Assembly (NCBI GenBank): GCA_040954595.2
Contig: CM082588.2
Coordinates: 11,669,398-11,733,397, forward strand
Reading direction: 5' to 3'
Length of the DNA stretch: 64,000 nt
Origin: Balanoglossus misakiensis
Taxonomy: Eukaryota > Animalia > Hemichordata
The position numbers and the translations under genes are program-made. The notes beneath the pieces were generated by a model that saw only the letters and a program-made list of their open reading frames with translations, ran no database searches and had not been told where the DNA came from. Positions 1-12,170 of this stretch are shown here, one piece after another. How positions within the stretch are numbered: position 1 is the first letter of the stretch; each line of letters starts with the position of its first letter.

Positions 1-3000
1 TTCGGAAATCTGATGGAGTATAGAATGCTCTTCGTATGTATATATCGATACAAATTCCACAAAATACAGTCTAATTTGGCTCACTGCAGACAAAATTGCG
101 TTTTACCAAATTTTCCTTGAAAATGTCATTTTTAGAAAAAAATAAAAAACCTTTGTTCTTCGAATTTGGTGCCCTGATCATATATGACATGTTGATTGTA
201 TGTTAAAACTTTCGACCTCTCCAAAAATGCAGAGATATTGACGGAATTCAAGAAAAAATAGCCATTTTGGCCATATTTTGACAAAAATGGTAATTTTTTA
301 AAAAATCATAAAAAATTAACTCTTTTCTTCATTTTCGGAAATATTATGGAGCATGAAGTGTCGTTCTCTTGTAAAAAGTGCTGCAAATTCCAGAAAAGGT
401 GGTATAATTTGAATCACCCAAGACAAAATTACCATTTTCGACTTTTTTTCGAAAAATTGTCTTTTTTACAAAATAAATAAGAATAAATTCTTTTCTTAGT
501 TTCAAACGGGTAGAGACACTTTCCACACGGGTTTTCTAACACTGAATTCCCGTTCATCAACTCAGATTTCCTACAGCATAAGTCGGCTAAAACCCAGACA
601 CTCTAGAGCAGAAACAGTTGCACACTGGTAACGTTGAACAAGTCGATTTTTCTAAGGCCTGGCTCGGCTAAATCTCCGTCACAATATGACAGACACTAGC
701 GTACGTTAGCAACGGTGATCAAGTCAGATTTCCTACGGCCTGGTTGAGCTGAAGCCCCGGCACTTTAGAGCGGAAACACGCGTACATTGACCACGATGAT
801 CAAGTCAGATCTCCTACGGCCTGGCTCGACTAAAACCCCGGCACACCATGACAGACACTAGCGTTCGTTAGCAACGTTGATCAAGTCAGATTTCCTACGG
901 CATGGCTTGGCTAAAGCCCTGGCACTCTAGAGCAGAAACACGCGTACAGAGACCACGTTGATCTACTCACATTTCCTTCGGCCTGGCACGGCTGATGCCC
1001 CGTTACTATATATAGGACACAGACTGGCGTAAGTTAACAACGGTAATCACGTTGGGTTTCCTACGGCCTGGCTCAGCTGAAGCCCCGGCACTCTAGAGCA
1101 GAAACAGGCGTACATTGACCACGTTGATCAAGTCACATTTCCTACGGCGTGACTCGGCTGGTGCACCGGCTCTATATGAGACAGACTGGCGTAAGTTATC
1201 AACGGTGATTACGTCGGATTTCCTACGGCCTGGTTTAGCTGAAGCCCCGGCACTTTAGAGCGGAAACACGCGTACATTGACCACGATGATCAAGTCAGAT
1301 CTCCTACGGCCTGGCTCGACTAAAACCCCGGCACACCATGACAGACACTAGCGTTCGTTAGCAACGGTGATCAAGTCGGATTTCCTTCGGCCTGGCTCTG
1401 CAAAAGACCCGACACTCTAGTACAAAGACGTTGGCTAAGTCGGGCAAACCGAAGAGGGAAAGTCACAGCTGGTCAATACTCGACATTTGTTCGGGTAGGA
1501 CTGCATTATTGCCTGTCAATTTATTGAGAAAACCCGAATTAAACCCGGGCGTTTCAAACACCGACGTTAGTTGGGGGCACGGCCTGCAGTACTGCCGGGT
1601 AAGCTGACATCGGCGTACCGCATATAATGTAGGGGGGGGGGGGGAACAGAACGGTTCAATACTACATTTATTAGATATCAGCTAATTTTCGACAATCATC
1701 TAAAATCTAAATCATTTTTTCATATTTGGATATCTGATGATGTATGAAATTTCCATTATATGTAAAAATGGTGCTGATTATAAAAAATGCACTCTGAATG
1801 AGCTGATTTTTAGTCAAAACATTCTTTATTTTTTAATTCGGTGACCTGATCATATATAAACAATTGCTTGTATGTTAAAAGTTTTTATGACTTTTAAAAG
1901 CAGTGACACTGGCGGCATTCATCAAGAAAATAACAATTTTAGCCACAATTTGGTCAAAATGGTAATTTTTGGAAAGTTACAAAATATACCTGTTTTCTAC
2001 AATTTCGGAAATCTGATGGAGTATAGAATGCTCTTCGTATGTATATATCGATACAAATTCCACAAAAGACCGTCTAATTTGGCTCACTGCAGACAAAATT
2101 GCGTTTTACCAAATTTTCCTTGAAAATGTCATTTTTAGAAAAAAAAATAAAAAAACCTTTGTTCTTCGAATTTGGTGCCCTGATCATATATGACATGTTG
2201 ATTGTATGTTAAAACTCTCGACCACTCCAAAAATGCAGAGATATTGACGGAATTCAAGAAAAATAGCCATTTTGGCCATATTTTGACAAAAATGGTAAAT
2301 TTTTGAAAAATCATAAAAAATTAACTCTTTTCTTCATTTTCGGAAATATTATGGAGCATGAAGTGTCGTTCTCTTGTAAAAAGTGCTGCAAATTCCAGAA
2401 AAGGCGGTATAATTTGAATCACCCAAGACAAAATTGCAATTTTTCGACTTTTTTTCTAAAAATTGTCTTTTTTACAAAATAAATAAGAATAAATTCTTTT
2501 CTTAGTTTCAAACGGGTAGAGATACTTTCCACAAGGGTTTTCTAACATTGAATTCCCGTTCATCAACTCAGATTTCCTACAGCATAAGTCGGCTAAAACC
2601 CTGACACTCTAGAGCAGAAACAGTTGCACACTGGTAACGTTGAACAAGTCGATTTTTCTACGGCCTGGCTCGGCTAAATCTCCGTCACAATATGACAGAC
2701 ACTAGCGTACGTTAGCAACGGTGATCAAGTCAGATTTTCTACGGCATGGCTTGGATAAAGCCCCGGCACTCTAGAGCAGAAACACGCGTACAGAGACCAC
2801 GTTGATCAAGTCTGATCTCCTACGGCTTGGCTCGACTAAAACCCCGGCACACTATGACAGACACTAGCGTTCGTTAGCAACGTTGATCAAGTCAGATTTC
2901 CTACGGCATGGCTTGGCTAAAGCCCTGGCACTCTAGAGCAGAAACACGCGTACAGAGACCACGTTGATCTACTCACATTTCCTTCGGCCTGGCACGGCTG

Positions 3001-6000
3001 ATGCCCCGTTACTATATATAGGACACAGACTGGCGTAAGTTAACAACGGTAATCACGTCGGGTTTCCTACGGCCTGGCTCAGCTGAAGCCCCGGCACTCT
3101 AGAGCAGAAACAGGCGTACATTGACCACGTTGATCAAGTCAGATTTCCTACGGCGTGACTCGGCTGGTGCACCGGCTCTATATGACACAGACAGGCGTAA
3201 GTTATCAACGGTGATTACGTCGGATTTCCTACGGCCTGGTTTAGCTGAAGCCCCGGCACTTTAGAGCGGAAACACGCGTACATTGACCACGATGATCAAG
3301 TCAGATCTCCTACGGCCTGGCTCGACTAAAACCCCGGCACTCCATGACAGACACTAGCGTTCGTTAGCAACGGTGGTCAAGTCGGATTTCCTTCGGCCTG
3401 GCTCTGCAAAAGACCCGACACTCTAGTACAAAGACGTTGGCTAAGTCGGGCAAACCGAAGAGGGGAAGTCACAGCGGGTCAACACTCGACATTTGTTCGG
3501 GTAGGACTGCATTATTGCCTGTCAATTTATAGAGGAAGCCCGAATTTAACCAGGGCGTTTCCAACACCGATGTTAGTTGGGCGCACGGCCTGCAGTACTG
3601 CCGGGTAAGCTGACATCGGCGTACCGCATATAATGTAAGGGGGGGGGGGGAACGGAACGGTTCAATACTACATTTATTAGATATCATCTAATTTTGGACA
3701 ATCATCTAAAATCTAAATCATTTTTTCATATTTGGATATCTGATGATGTAGGAAATTTCCATTATATGTAAAAATGGTGCTGATTATAAAAAATGCACTC
3801 TGAATGAGCTGATTTAATACAAAATTGCGTTTTATTCGTTTTTGCACCAAAAAGATCATTTTTAGGCAAAACATTCTTTATTTTTTTAATTCGGTGACCT
3901 GATCATATATAAACAATTGCTTGTATGTTAAAAGTTTTTCTGACTTTTAAAAGCAGTGACACTGGCGGCATTCAACACGAAAATAACAATTTTAGCCACA
4001 ATTTGGTCAAAATGGTAAATTTTTGAAAATTATAAAAAATACCTGTTTTCTACATTTTCGGAAATCTGATGGAGTATAGAATGCTCTTCGTATGTATATA
4101 TCGATACAAATTCCACAAAAGACCGTCTAATTTGGCTCACTGCAGACAAAATTGCGTTTTACCAAATTTTCCTTGAAAATGTCATTTTTAGAAAAACAAA
4201 TAAAAAAACCTTTGTTCTTCGAATTTGGTGCCCTGATCATATATGACATGTTGATTGTATGTTAAAACTTTCGACCACTCCAAAAATGCAGAGATATTGA
4301 CGGAATTCAAGAAAAAATAGCCATTTTGGCCATATTTTGACAAAAATGGTAAATTTTTAAAAAATCATAAAAAATTAACTCTTTTCTTCATTTTCGGAAA
4401 TATTATGGAGCATGAAGTGTCGTTCTCTTGTAAAAAGTGCTGCAAATTCCAGAAAAGGCGGTATAATTTGAATCACCCAAGACAAAATTACCATTTTCGA
4501 CTTTTTTTCGAAAAATTGTCTTTTTTACAAAATAAATAAGAATAAATTCTTTTCTTAGTTTCAAACGGGTAGAGATACTTTCCACACGGGTTTCCTAACA
4601 TTGACTTCCCGTTCATCAACTCAGATTTCCTACAGCATAAGTCGGCTAAAACCCTGACACTCTAGAGCAGAAACAGTTGCACACTGGAAACGTTGAACAA
4701 GTCGATTTTTCTACGGCCTGGCTCGGCTAAATCTCCGTCACAATATGACAGACACTAGCGTACGTTAGCAATGGTGATCAAGTGAGATTTCCTACGGCAT
4801 GGCTTGGCTAAAGCCCTGGCACTCTAGAGCAGAAACACGCGTACAGAGACCACGTTGATCTACTCACATTTCCTTCGGCCTGGCACGGCTGATGCCCCGG
4901 CACTATATATAGGACACAGACTGGCGTAAGTTAACAACGGTAATCACGTCGGGTTTCCTACGGCCTGGCTCAGCTGAAGCCCCGGCACTCTAGAGCAGAA
5001 ACACGCGTACAGAGACCACGTTGATCAAGTCTGATCTCCTACGGCTTGGCTCGACTAAAACCCCGGCACACTATGACAGACACTAGCGTTCGTTAGCAAC
5101 GTTGATCAAGTCAGATTTCCTACGGCTTGGCTTGGCTAAAACCCTGGCACTCTAGAGCAGAAACACGCGTACAGAGACCACGTTGATCTACTCACATTTC
5201 CTTCGGCCTGGCACGGCTGATGCCCCGGCACTATATATAGGACACAGACTGGCGTAAGTTAACAACGGTAATCACGTCGGGTTTCCTACGGCCTGGCTCA
5301 GCTGAAGCCCCGGCACTCTAGAGCAGAAACACGCGTACAGAGACCACGTTGATCAAGTCTGATCTCCTACGGCTTGGCTCGACTAAAACCCCGGCACACT
5401 ATGACAGACACTAGCGTTCGTTAGCAACGTTGATCAAGTCAGATTTCCTACGGCTTGGCTTGGCTAAAACCCTGGCACTCTAGAGCAGAAACACGCGTAC
5501 AGAGACCACGTTAATCTACTCACATTTCTTTCGGCCTGGCACGGCTGATGCCCCGGCACTATATATATGACACAGACTGGCGTAAGTTAACAACGGTAAT
5601 CACGTCGGGTTTCCTACGGCATGGCTCAGCTGAAGCCCCGGCACTCTAGAGCAGAAACAGGCGTACATTGACCACGTTGATCAAGTCAGATTTCCTACGG
5701 CCTGGCTCGACTAAAACCCCGGCACACCATGACAGACACTAGCGTTCGTTAGCAACGGTGATCAAGTCAGATTTTCTACGGCATGGCTTGGATAAAGCCC
5801 CGGCACTCTAGAGCAGAAACACGCGTACAGAGACCACGTTGATCTACTCACATTTCCTTCGGCCTGACACGGCTGATGCCCCGGCACTATATATAGGACA
5901 CAGACTGGCGTAAGTTAACAACGGTAATCACGTCGGGTTTCCTACGGCCTGGCTCAGCTGAAGCCCCGGCGCTCTAGAGCAGAAACAGGCGTACATTGAC

Positions 6001-6227
6001 CACGTTGATCAAGTCAGATTTCCTACGGCGTGACTCGGCTGGTGCACCGGCTCTATATGACACAGACTGGCGTAAGTTATCAACGGTGAATACGTCGGAT
6101 TTCCTACGGCCTGGTTTAGCTGAAGCCCCGGCACTTTAGAGCGGAAACACGCGTACATTGACCACGATGATCAAGTCAGATCTTCTACGGCCTGGCTCGA
6201 CTAAAACCCCGGCACACCATGACAGAC
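1..6227. repeat. Macrosatellite array, left part (~2.0-2.05 kb unit: AT-rich block + ~81-bp GC-rich subrepeats)
   Basis: Anchor ttcggaaatctgatggagtatagaatgc recurs at ~1, ~2004, ~4057. Subrepeat core (tcaagtcagatttcctacggc...ccccggcac) recurs every ~80-83 bp in 560-1440, 2570-3440 and 4620-6227. Confidence 0.97.
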
Positions 6228-6817
6228 TATGGAAAGCCGTTGGGGACCCCCGACAACTTCTCTCAATACATGGGTAAAGTCCATAGACAAATGATAGGAA
6301 CGCATATGCTGAAAATATGACGCACATTGGGTGCCGACGCCGTAATCTAAAATGCCGGTAACAACCAAATTTTTGCCGACACCTTTACTCAATCTACCGG
6401 CGCCGACAAAATCACAACCAGTGATTTGATGAGTTCTCGCATCGGCGTTTCTACAGAGTTGTCGCATCGGCGTTTCAGCTAGAGTTTTCTCGCATCGGCG
6501 TTTCTGGAGAGTTTTCTCGCACCGGCATTCTACACATGCGCATTGGCGTTTCAGCTAAAGAGTTTTCTCGCATCGGCGTTTCTGGAGAGTTTTGTCGCAC
6601 CGGCATTCTACACATGCGCATTGGCGTTTCAGCTAAAGAGTTTTCTCGCATCGGCGTTTCTGGAGAGTTTTGTCGCGCCGGCATTCTACACATGCGCATT
6701 GGCGTTTCAGCTAAAGAGTTTTCTCGCATCGGCGTTTCTGGAGAGTTTTGTCGCGCCGGCATTCTACACATGCGCATTGGCGTTTCAGCTAAAGAGTTTT
6801 CTCGCATCGGCGTTTTC
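6228..6817 (+). repeat. Left TIR including ~4 copies of a 78-bp subterminal repeat
   Basis: First ~200 bp are near-identical to the reverse complement of 32810-33010. They are followed by cgcatcggcgtttc-based units with a 78-bp period (the 26-aa period seen in ORF 6475..6834). Confidence 0.93.
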
Positions 6818-6840
6818 TCTGATTTTCTGAGCATGCGCAG

Positions 6841-8896
6841 TCACCACTGCAAACAGAACTTGTGGAGCGAAGTTGTAGTGAAGGTAAGAAAAGTTATGTT
6901 CGTTTGTCAAGTCTTTTCCGCTAGTTTCCTGCGAATTCACTGTCTCGTCTGTGTTATCTTTTTTTAAATAACTGTTTCCTAAACTCTTTTCGTGAAAAAT
7001 TATCTGGTTAGTTTACGTATTTCAGCCGATCATCCACAGAGAAAGTTCTCAACTTGAAATGATTGCTATTGATATGCTAATATGGCGCTCGCACGAAGTT
7101 AACTGAATGTCCATTTTGGGTGAGGGTCAGAGTTCGCTGGCTGGCTGTGTGGAAATCTTACTGGTACTCCTTGGAAAAGTGGCTGCAATTTGTAAACGGA
7201 CAAAAAATTTTGTTCAGGAATTTAGTTTGGGAACAGAAAATAGTCAGTTCAGGGAGGTATAGGTCATTTTTTACTGTTCAAATGTTAACCCAAGTTGGGT
7301 TCCTGTTGGGAGTCCATAGCTGTTTGTTTTATGAGCCTACAGATAGTGAAACTGATAGTGACACAGCTGAAAAAACATGGGTTGATCACATTATTGGTTG
7401 GTTTCTATGGACACCTGCATTTCAATTAGATGTGATGTTCTTGTTTTCATGTATAATGTTTGCCCCAATTTCGACTATGATATTTCACACTTGAATAAGG
7501 TATGATAAAATAAACAAATTTTGACAGTTAAGTTTACTACAGAAATTAAATTAAAAGAAACTTCATCAAGTCATAGAAGTCGCCAGATTTCATAACCGTT
7601 CATAGATTCCTGTCTGGGACAAATATAACCCAATTTGTTTCCATGTTTTTTGTTTTTCTAGTATTGATGCGATAAGCCTGTTGTATATGTAATACTTGTC
7701 TGTGCAATTTTTGAGAACAATTCACCACTGCAAACAGAACTTGTGGAGCGAAGTTGTAGTGAAGGTAAGAACAGTTATGTTCGTTTGCTAGTCTTTTCCG
7801 CTAGTTTCCTGCGAATCCACTGTCTCGTCTGTGTTATCTTTTTTAATTTACTGTTTCCTAAACTCTTTTCGTGAACAAATTCTCTGGTTAGTTTACGTAT
7901 TTCAGCCGATCATCCACAGAGAAAGTTCTCAACTTGAAATGATTGCTATTGATATGCTAATATGGCGCTCGCACGAAGTTAACTGAATGTCCATTTTGGG
8001 TGAGGGTCAGAGTTCGCTGGCTGGCTGTGTGGAAATCTAACTGGTACTCCTTGGAAAAGTGGCTGCAATTTGTAAACGGACAAGAAATTTTGTTCAGGAA
8101 TTTAGTTTGGGAACAGAAAATAGTCAGTTCAGGGAGGTATAGGTCATTTTTTACTGTTCAAATGTTAACCCAAGTTGGGTTCCTGTTGGGAGTCCATAGC
8201 TGTTTGTTTTATGAGCCTACAGATAGTGAAACTGATAGTGACACAGCTGAAAAAACATGGGTTGATTACATTATTGGTTGGTTTCTATGGACACCTGCAT
8301 TTCAATTAGATGTGGTGTTCTTGTTTTCATGTATAATGTTTGCACCTAAAGTGGTAAATTTAGGAACAAGTCTGCAGACCTTTTTCAGCAACAGTCAAAA
8401 CGCAACTGTGTCATAATAATGCACTGGAATATGTTGAAAAGCTGAAAAAAAGAGAGTTCAACATAATTTAGAAAAGAACAAAAAGAAATGTAACAGATGA
8501 TATACACTGTCATGGAATCTCCATGAATTTGATTGAACTCTTTATTTGAACTTTGACTTTTCTTTCTAATGACATTCATGTAAATTTACATGATTTATTC
8601 CGATTTACCAACCAATTTATAAACTGTAATTTTTTTCACTATAATGCCCCAATTTCGACTATGATATTTCACATTTGAATAAGGTATGATAAAATAAACA
8701 ACTTTTGACAGTTAAGTTTACTACAGAAATTAAAAGAAACTTCATCAAGAAGTCGCCAGATTTCATAACCGTTCATAGATTTCTGTCTGGGACAAATATA
8801 ACCCAATTTGTTTCCATGTTTATTTGTTTTTCTAGTTTTGATGCAATAAGCCTGTTGTATATGTAATACTTGTCTGTGCAATTTTTGAGAACAATT
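6841..8896 (+). repeat. Tandem duplication (6841-7721 / 7722-8896); first copy lacks ~300 bp
   Basis: tcaccactgcaaacagaac at 6841 and 7722; both copies end gagaacaatt; ~8347-8645 is absent from copy 1. Confidence 0.9.
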
Positions 8897-9066
8897 AGAA
8901 TTTCCTACCAAAATGGTAATAAACTGATAAAATGAACAATCTAACAATTCAGATATTTTCCAATATAATTAGGATACAGTTAGGCCCTGAGCTATTCAGT
9001 TTGTGTCGATATACAACTAAACTGATACAATACTGGTGTTATACCTTTGTTACACTTGCAGACATC

Positions 9067-10353
9067 ATGTTACTGGCCCAAAAATTGCAAACTTGATATA
9101 GAAACCAAGACACTGTAGCAAATGATGTCATCCTTCGCTTCAGAGATGGTCAGACGAGAAGGGCCCATTCATTGGTGTTGTGTCTTTTTTCGGATGTGTT
9201 TGCCGCCCGTTTGCATTCGGAATGGGCCAACGACAAAACCATTGATTGTTCTGACTTTGATCCCTTACTCATGCAAAATGTCATTGATGATTTTTATTTT
9301 GAAAAGTTAAATATTACAAGTGAAAATGTTGAAGATTATGTGGAGATATGTAACTTTTACATGATAAATTCTTTAAAAGAGAAATGTGAATCATTTTTAA
9401 TTTCCAACATTGTAACTTCCCGCAGTATTAGAGACCTTGTATTTTGTCAGAAATACCAGTTAGATAGTACTTTTGAACACTGTCTGTCAATAATTGATCA
9501 GAATGGTGTTAAACTGTTTAATTCTGAGCAAGTTTTGGAAGATTTTCTTCAACTTCCTGAAAGCATAGTTGTAAAAATAATTCAGCGTCAGACGCTTTCG
9601 GTAAAGGAAGACACACTTTTGAATGCATTGTTTTTATGGGTGGAAAGGAAACTTCAGGGTGTCAATGGCAATGATATGGATGCCCCCTTTTGTTTTGAGC
9701 CATTTCTTCCCCACATCCGTTTCTTGTCGTTAAGTGAAGAAAGTATTCATCGACTAATTTCTGAACAAATTTTGTGTTATGAAGATGTCTTCCAGATATT
9801 AAAAGCAGTTCGACATCCTGGATGCAATTTTCCTGTTCCTGGTTATGTGGATGTAATCACAAGAAATGTGGTTCCAAATAATGCCATTGTGGCGCGGCGT
9901 TTCATCAATGAAAAAAATCCAAACACATGGAAAGGAAACCAATTTGAGGGTGACAGGATTTCCTTTTCAGTGGATGTTCCTGTCTCACTGCTAGGTGTTT
10001 ATGTGTTTGGAAATACAGATGAAAGTGTCCATGCTCATGTCACAATATTAAATCATCAACAAGCTGTTGTGTACAATACAGAAGCCTCAAACACTTCCCC
10101 CCAGATTACCTTTCCTGTTGTCTTCAGTAAGCTGATTAAAATCCAACCCAATGTAGATTATTCAGTTGTCTGTCAAATCAGAGGAAATAAAGAAACATCA
10201 TTCGGGTCATGTGGGATCTCTCGCCGAAGAATCACAACATTAAAAAGTACTGATTTCTGGGTGACATTTAAAAATTTCAGTATGCAAGGTCTGAGCAATG
10301 GCACAGATGTCAGTCAGGGGCAAATCTCATCACTAATATTCTTTGATATATAA
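9067..10353 (+). pseudogene. BTB-BACK-PHR protein (BTBD1/2/3/6-like), single coding exon, in-frame TGA at codon 10
   Basis: ATG 9067 follows a ttgcag acceptor and is in frame with ORF 9172..10353: MLLAQKLQT*YRNQ..NDVILRF..RAHSLVLCLFSDVFAA (BTB). FLQLP..EDTLLNALFLW..LPHIRF (BACK). DRISFSVDVPVSLLGVYVFG..SNGTDVSQGQISSLIF (PHR). Confidence 0.85.
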
Positions 10354-12170
10354 ATAAAGGTGTTGTTTGGCAGGACATGGTGTATTGGTTTCTGGCACCC
10401 ATCTTGACTGAAAGAATTTTGATGAAATCAATTTGTAATTCTTGAGGGATGATATGTGTTTTACCAGGTCCCATTTGGTATATGCATATATACCATTGGA
10501 ACCTTATGGGATTGGTTGCGTCTGTAATAGTATTTATCAGAAATTTCATTTGAGGGTGTGCATCAGATGTAGTTTCCTTGATTTTGTTTTTCAAATCAAG
10601 GGGAAGAAATCAATTGTATATTTTTGGGATGATTTAGGACATTCTTGGTCAAAAAATATTTCTCAAAAGCCTCTACCCTGATTGCTTTGAAATTTGCAGA
10701 CCCTTTAATGAAAGTGTAGATTTCGTATTCTTGTGGCTGTTTTTTCCATTGTTGGTACAAAAATCAATTTCTCTGAAACGGGTTGTCCATCCAATTGCTT
10801 TGCAATTTACTAAATGTAGTTTCCTTTGGGGATTGTTATTATGATATATCAAAATTATAGTGAAAATGAAAATCTTGTATTTTTGTATTATGTTTTCTAG
10901 GTTTCCATGTATTAGTTGATATCAGAAAGTTTTCAATTGATTTCTGTAAAATTTGAGTTGTGAGTCAACGGGATGTGCTCCTTTATAATTATAATGGGAT
11001 CAAATCAAAGTAAAATTTGAATTGTTGTATTTTATGACATTTTGTCTTATACATTTACCACAATTTTTTTTATCTCAAGCAGAAAAATATCCTGAACATT
11101 GTTCTTTGCAAGTTAGATGAAATCCCCTAATGAGTTTTTTTACACAGAAAATGTATACATGTTTATATAACTTAGCCCATCTGTCAAGAGACAGTTCTAT
11201 TTGCTGTTCTATTTGGTGTGTGCACAGTACACATGCCATTGGCAGCTCACGAGTCAGTCAATGGCCAGTCAGTGTTTGCCTGTTGATCTGTGTGTGTGTA
11301 TTCTGGTGAAAACCTTTCCTTCCGTAATCCTTAAACGGGACCACACTGTCCTTGACGGTATTTTTCTCTTTGATTCTGAAATTGTCATGATAATTCCAGG
11401 CCCTTACACTATAGGCACTTTGCAAATGTTAGCAGCTGAGTTATCGAACCCTATCAAAATACCTAAACTGTTTCTTTTGCTACTTACAACATATGTCTGT
11501 GACAAATACTGCTTCATCATTTTATTATATAAATGCTCAATTGCAACACTGATTTGAGAGAAATGTATCTTGGCTTATTTTATAGTTCTGTAAATAATTT
11601 CCAAGTACATGTAGTACTGTTGACAAAATTTGATTAACTACTGCTTTATACTGTCATGGGCACCAACTCCGTCAATTATATGTGATTGAACTGCCAGTAT
11701 GAACTCTCATAAACCGCCACATTTCCACTCCACTATGACCAATTGATCTGAGTGAAACGGCGTCGCAATGAAATTTGGACTGTCATAAGCCATATATCAC
11801 ATGTAAGCAATATGGATGATTTCAATGCTTCTTTATGCTTTGTATTGTGTAAAGCTCTGTTGTGTCAGCTAGTTTCTGGTTTGAGTCTAGTCATGGATTT
11901 CATTGTCAATACATGATGCGATTGCTGTTATCATAGAAAATAGAGTTCAAGTCAACAACAGCCTTTAAACATATGCATACTGTGTCTTCTACCAGAATAC
12001 TTGGTGTATAAAAGCACTTTTGACAACTTGTATGGCATTTATATTCTACTGGGTGTATCAACTAATAGTTTGTTCTATTGGCGGCAGCATGTAGAAATGT
12101 TCAGTGTTGCCAGTAGGAGATGAGGTACAACAGATAGTTATTTTATGTTATGCTTTTAATATCATTTCAG

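Noticed and set aside
560-6227. ~81-bp periodic repeats as a CRISPR array
   Set aside because: The intervening sequences are themselves repeated, there are no unique spacers or cas genes, and the context is eukaryotic.
6475-6967. Repeat-peptide ORFs (ETPMRENSLA..) here and at 32426-32812
   Set aside because: By-product of the stop-free 78-bp TIR repeat, which is open in several frames on both strands.
7120-8416. Duplicated 124/138-aa ORFs
   Set aside because: GTG starts, no recognisable motif, and similarity explained by the DNA duplication. A small internal exon (~8219-8260) cannot be excluded.
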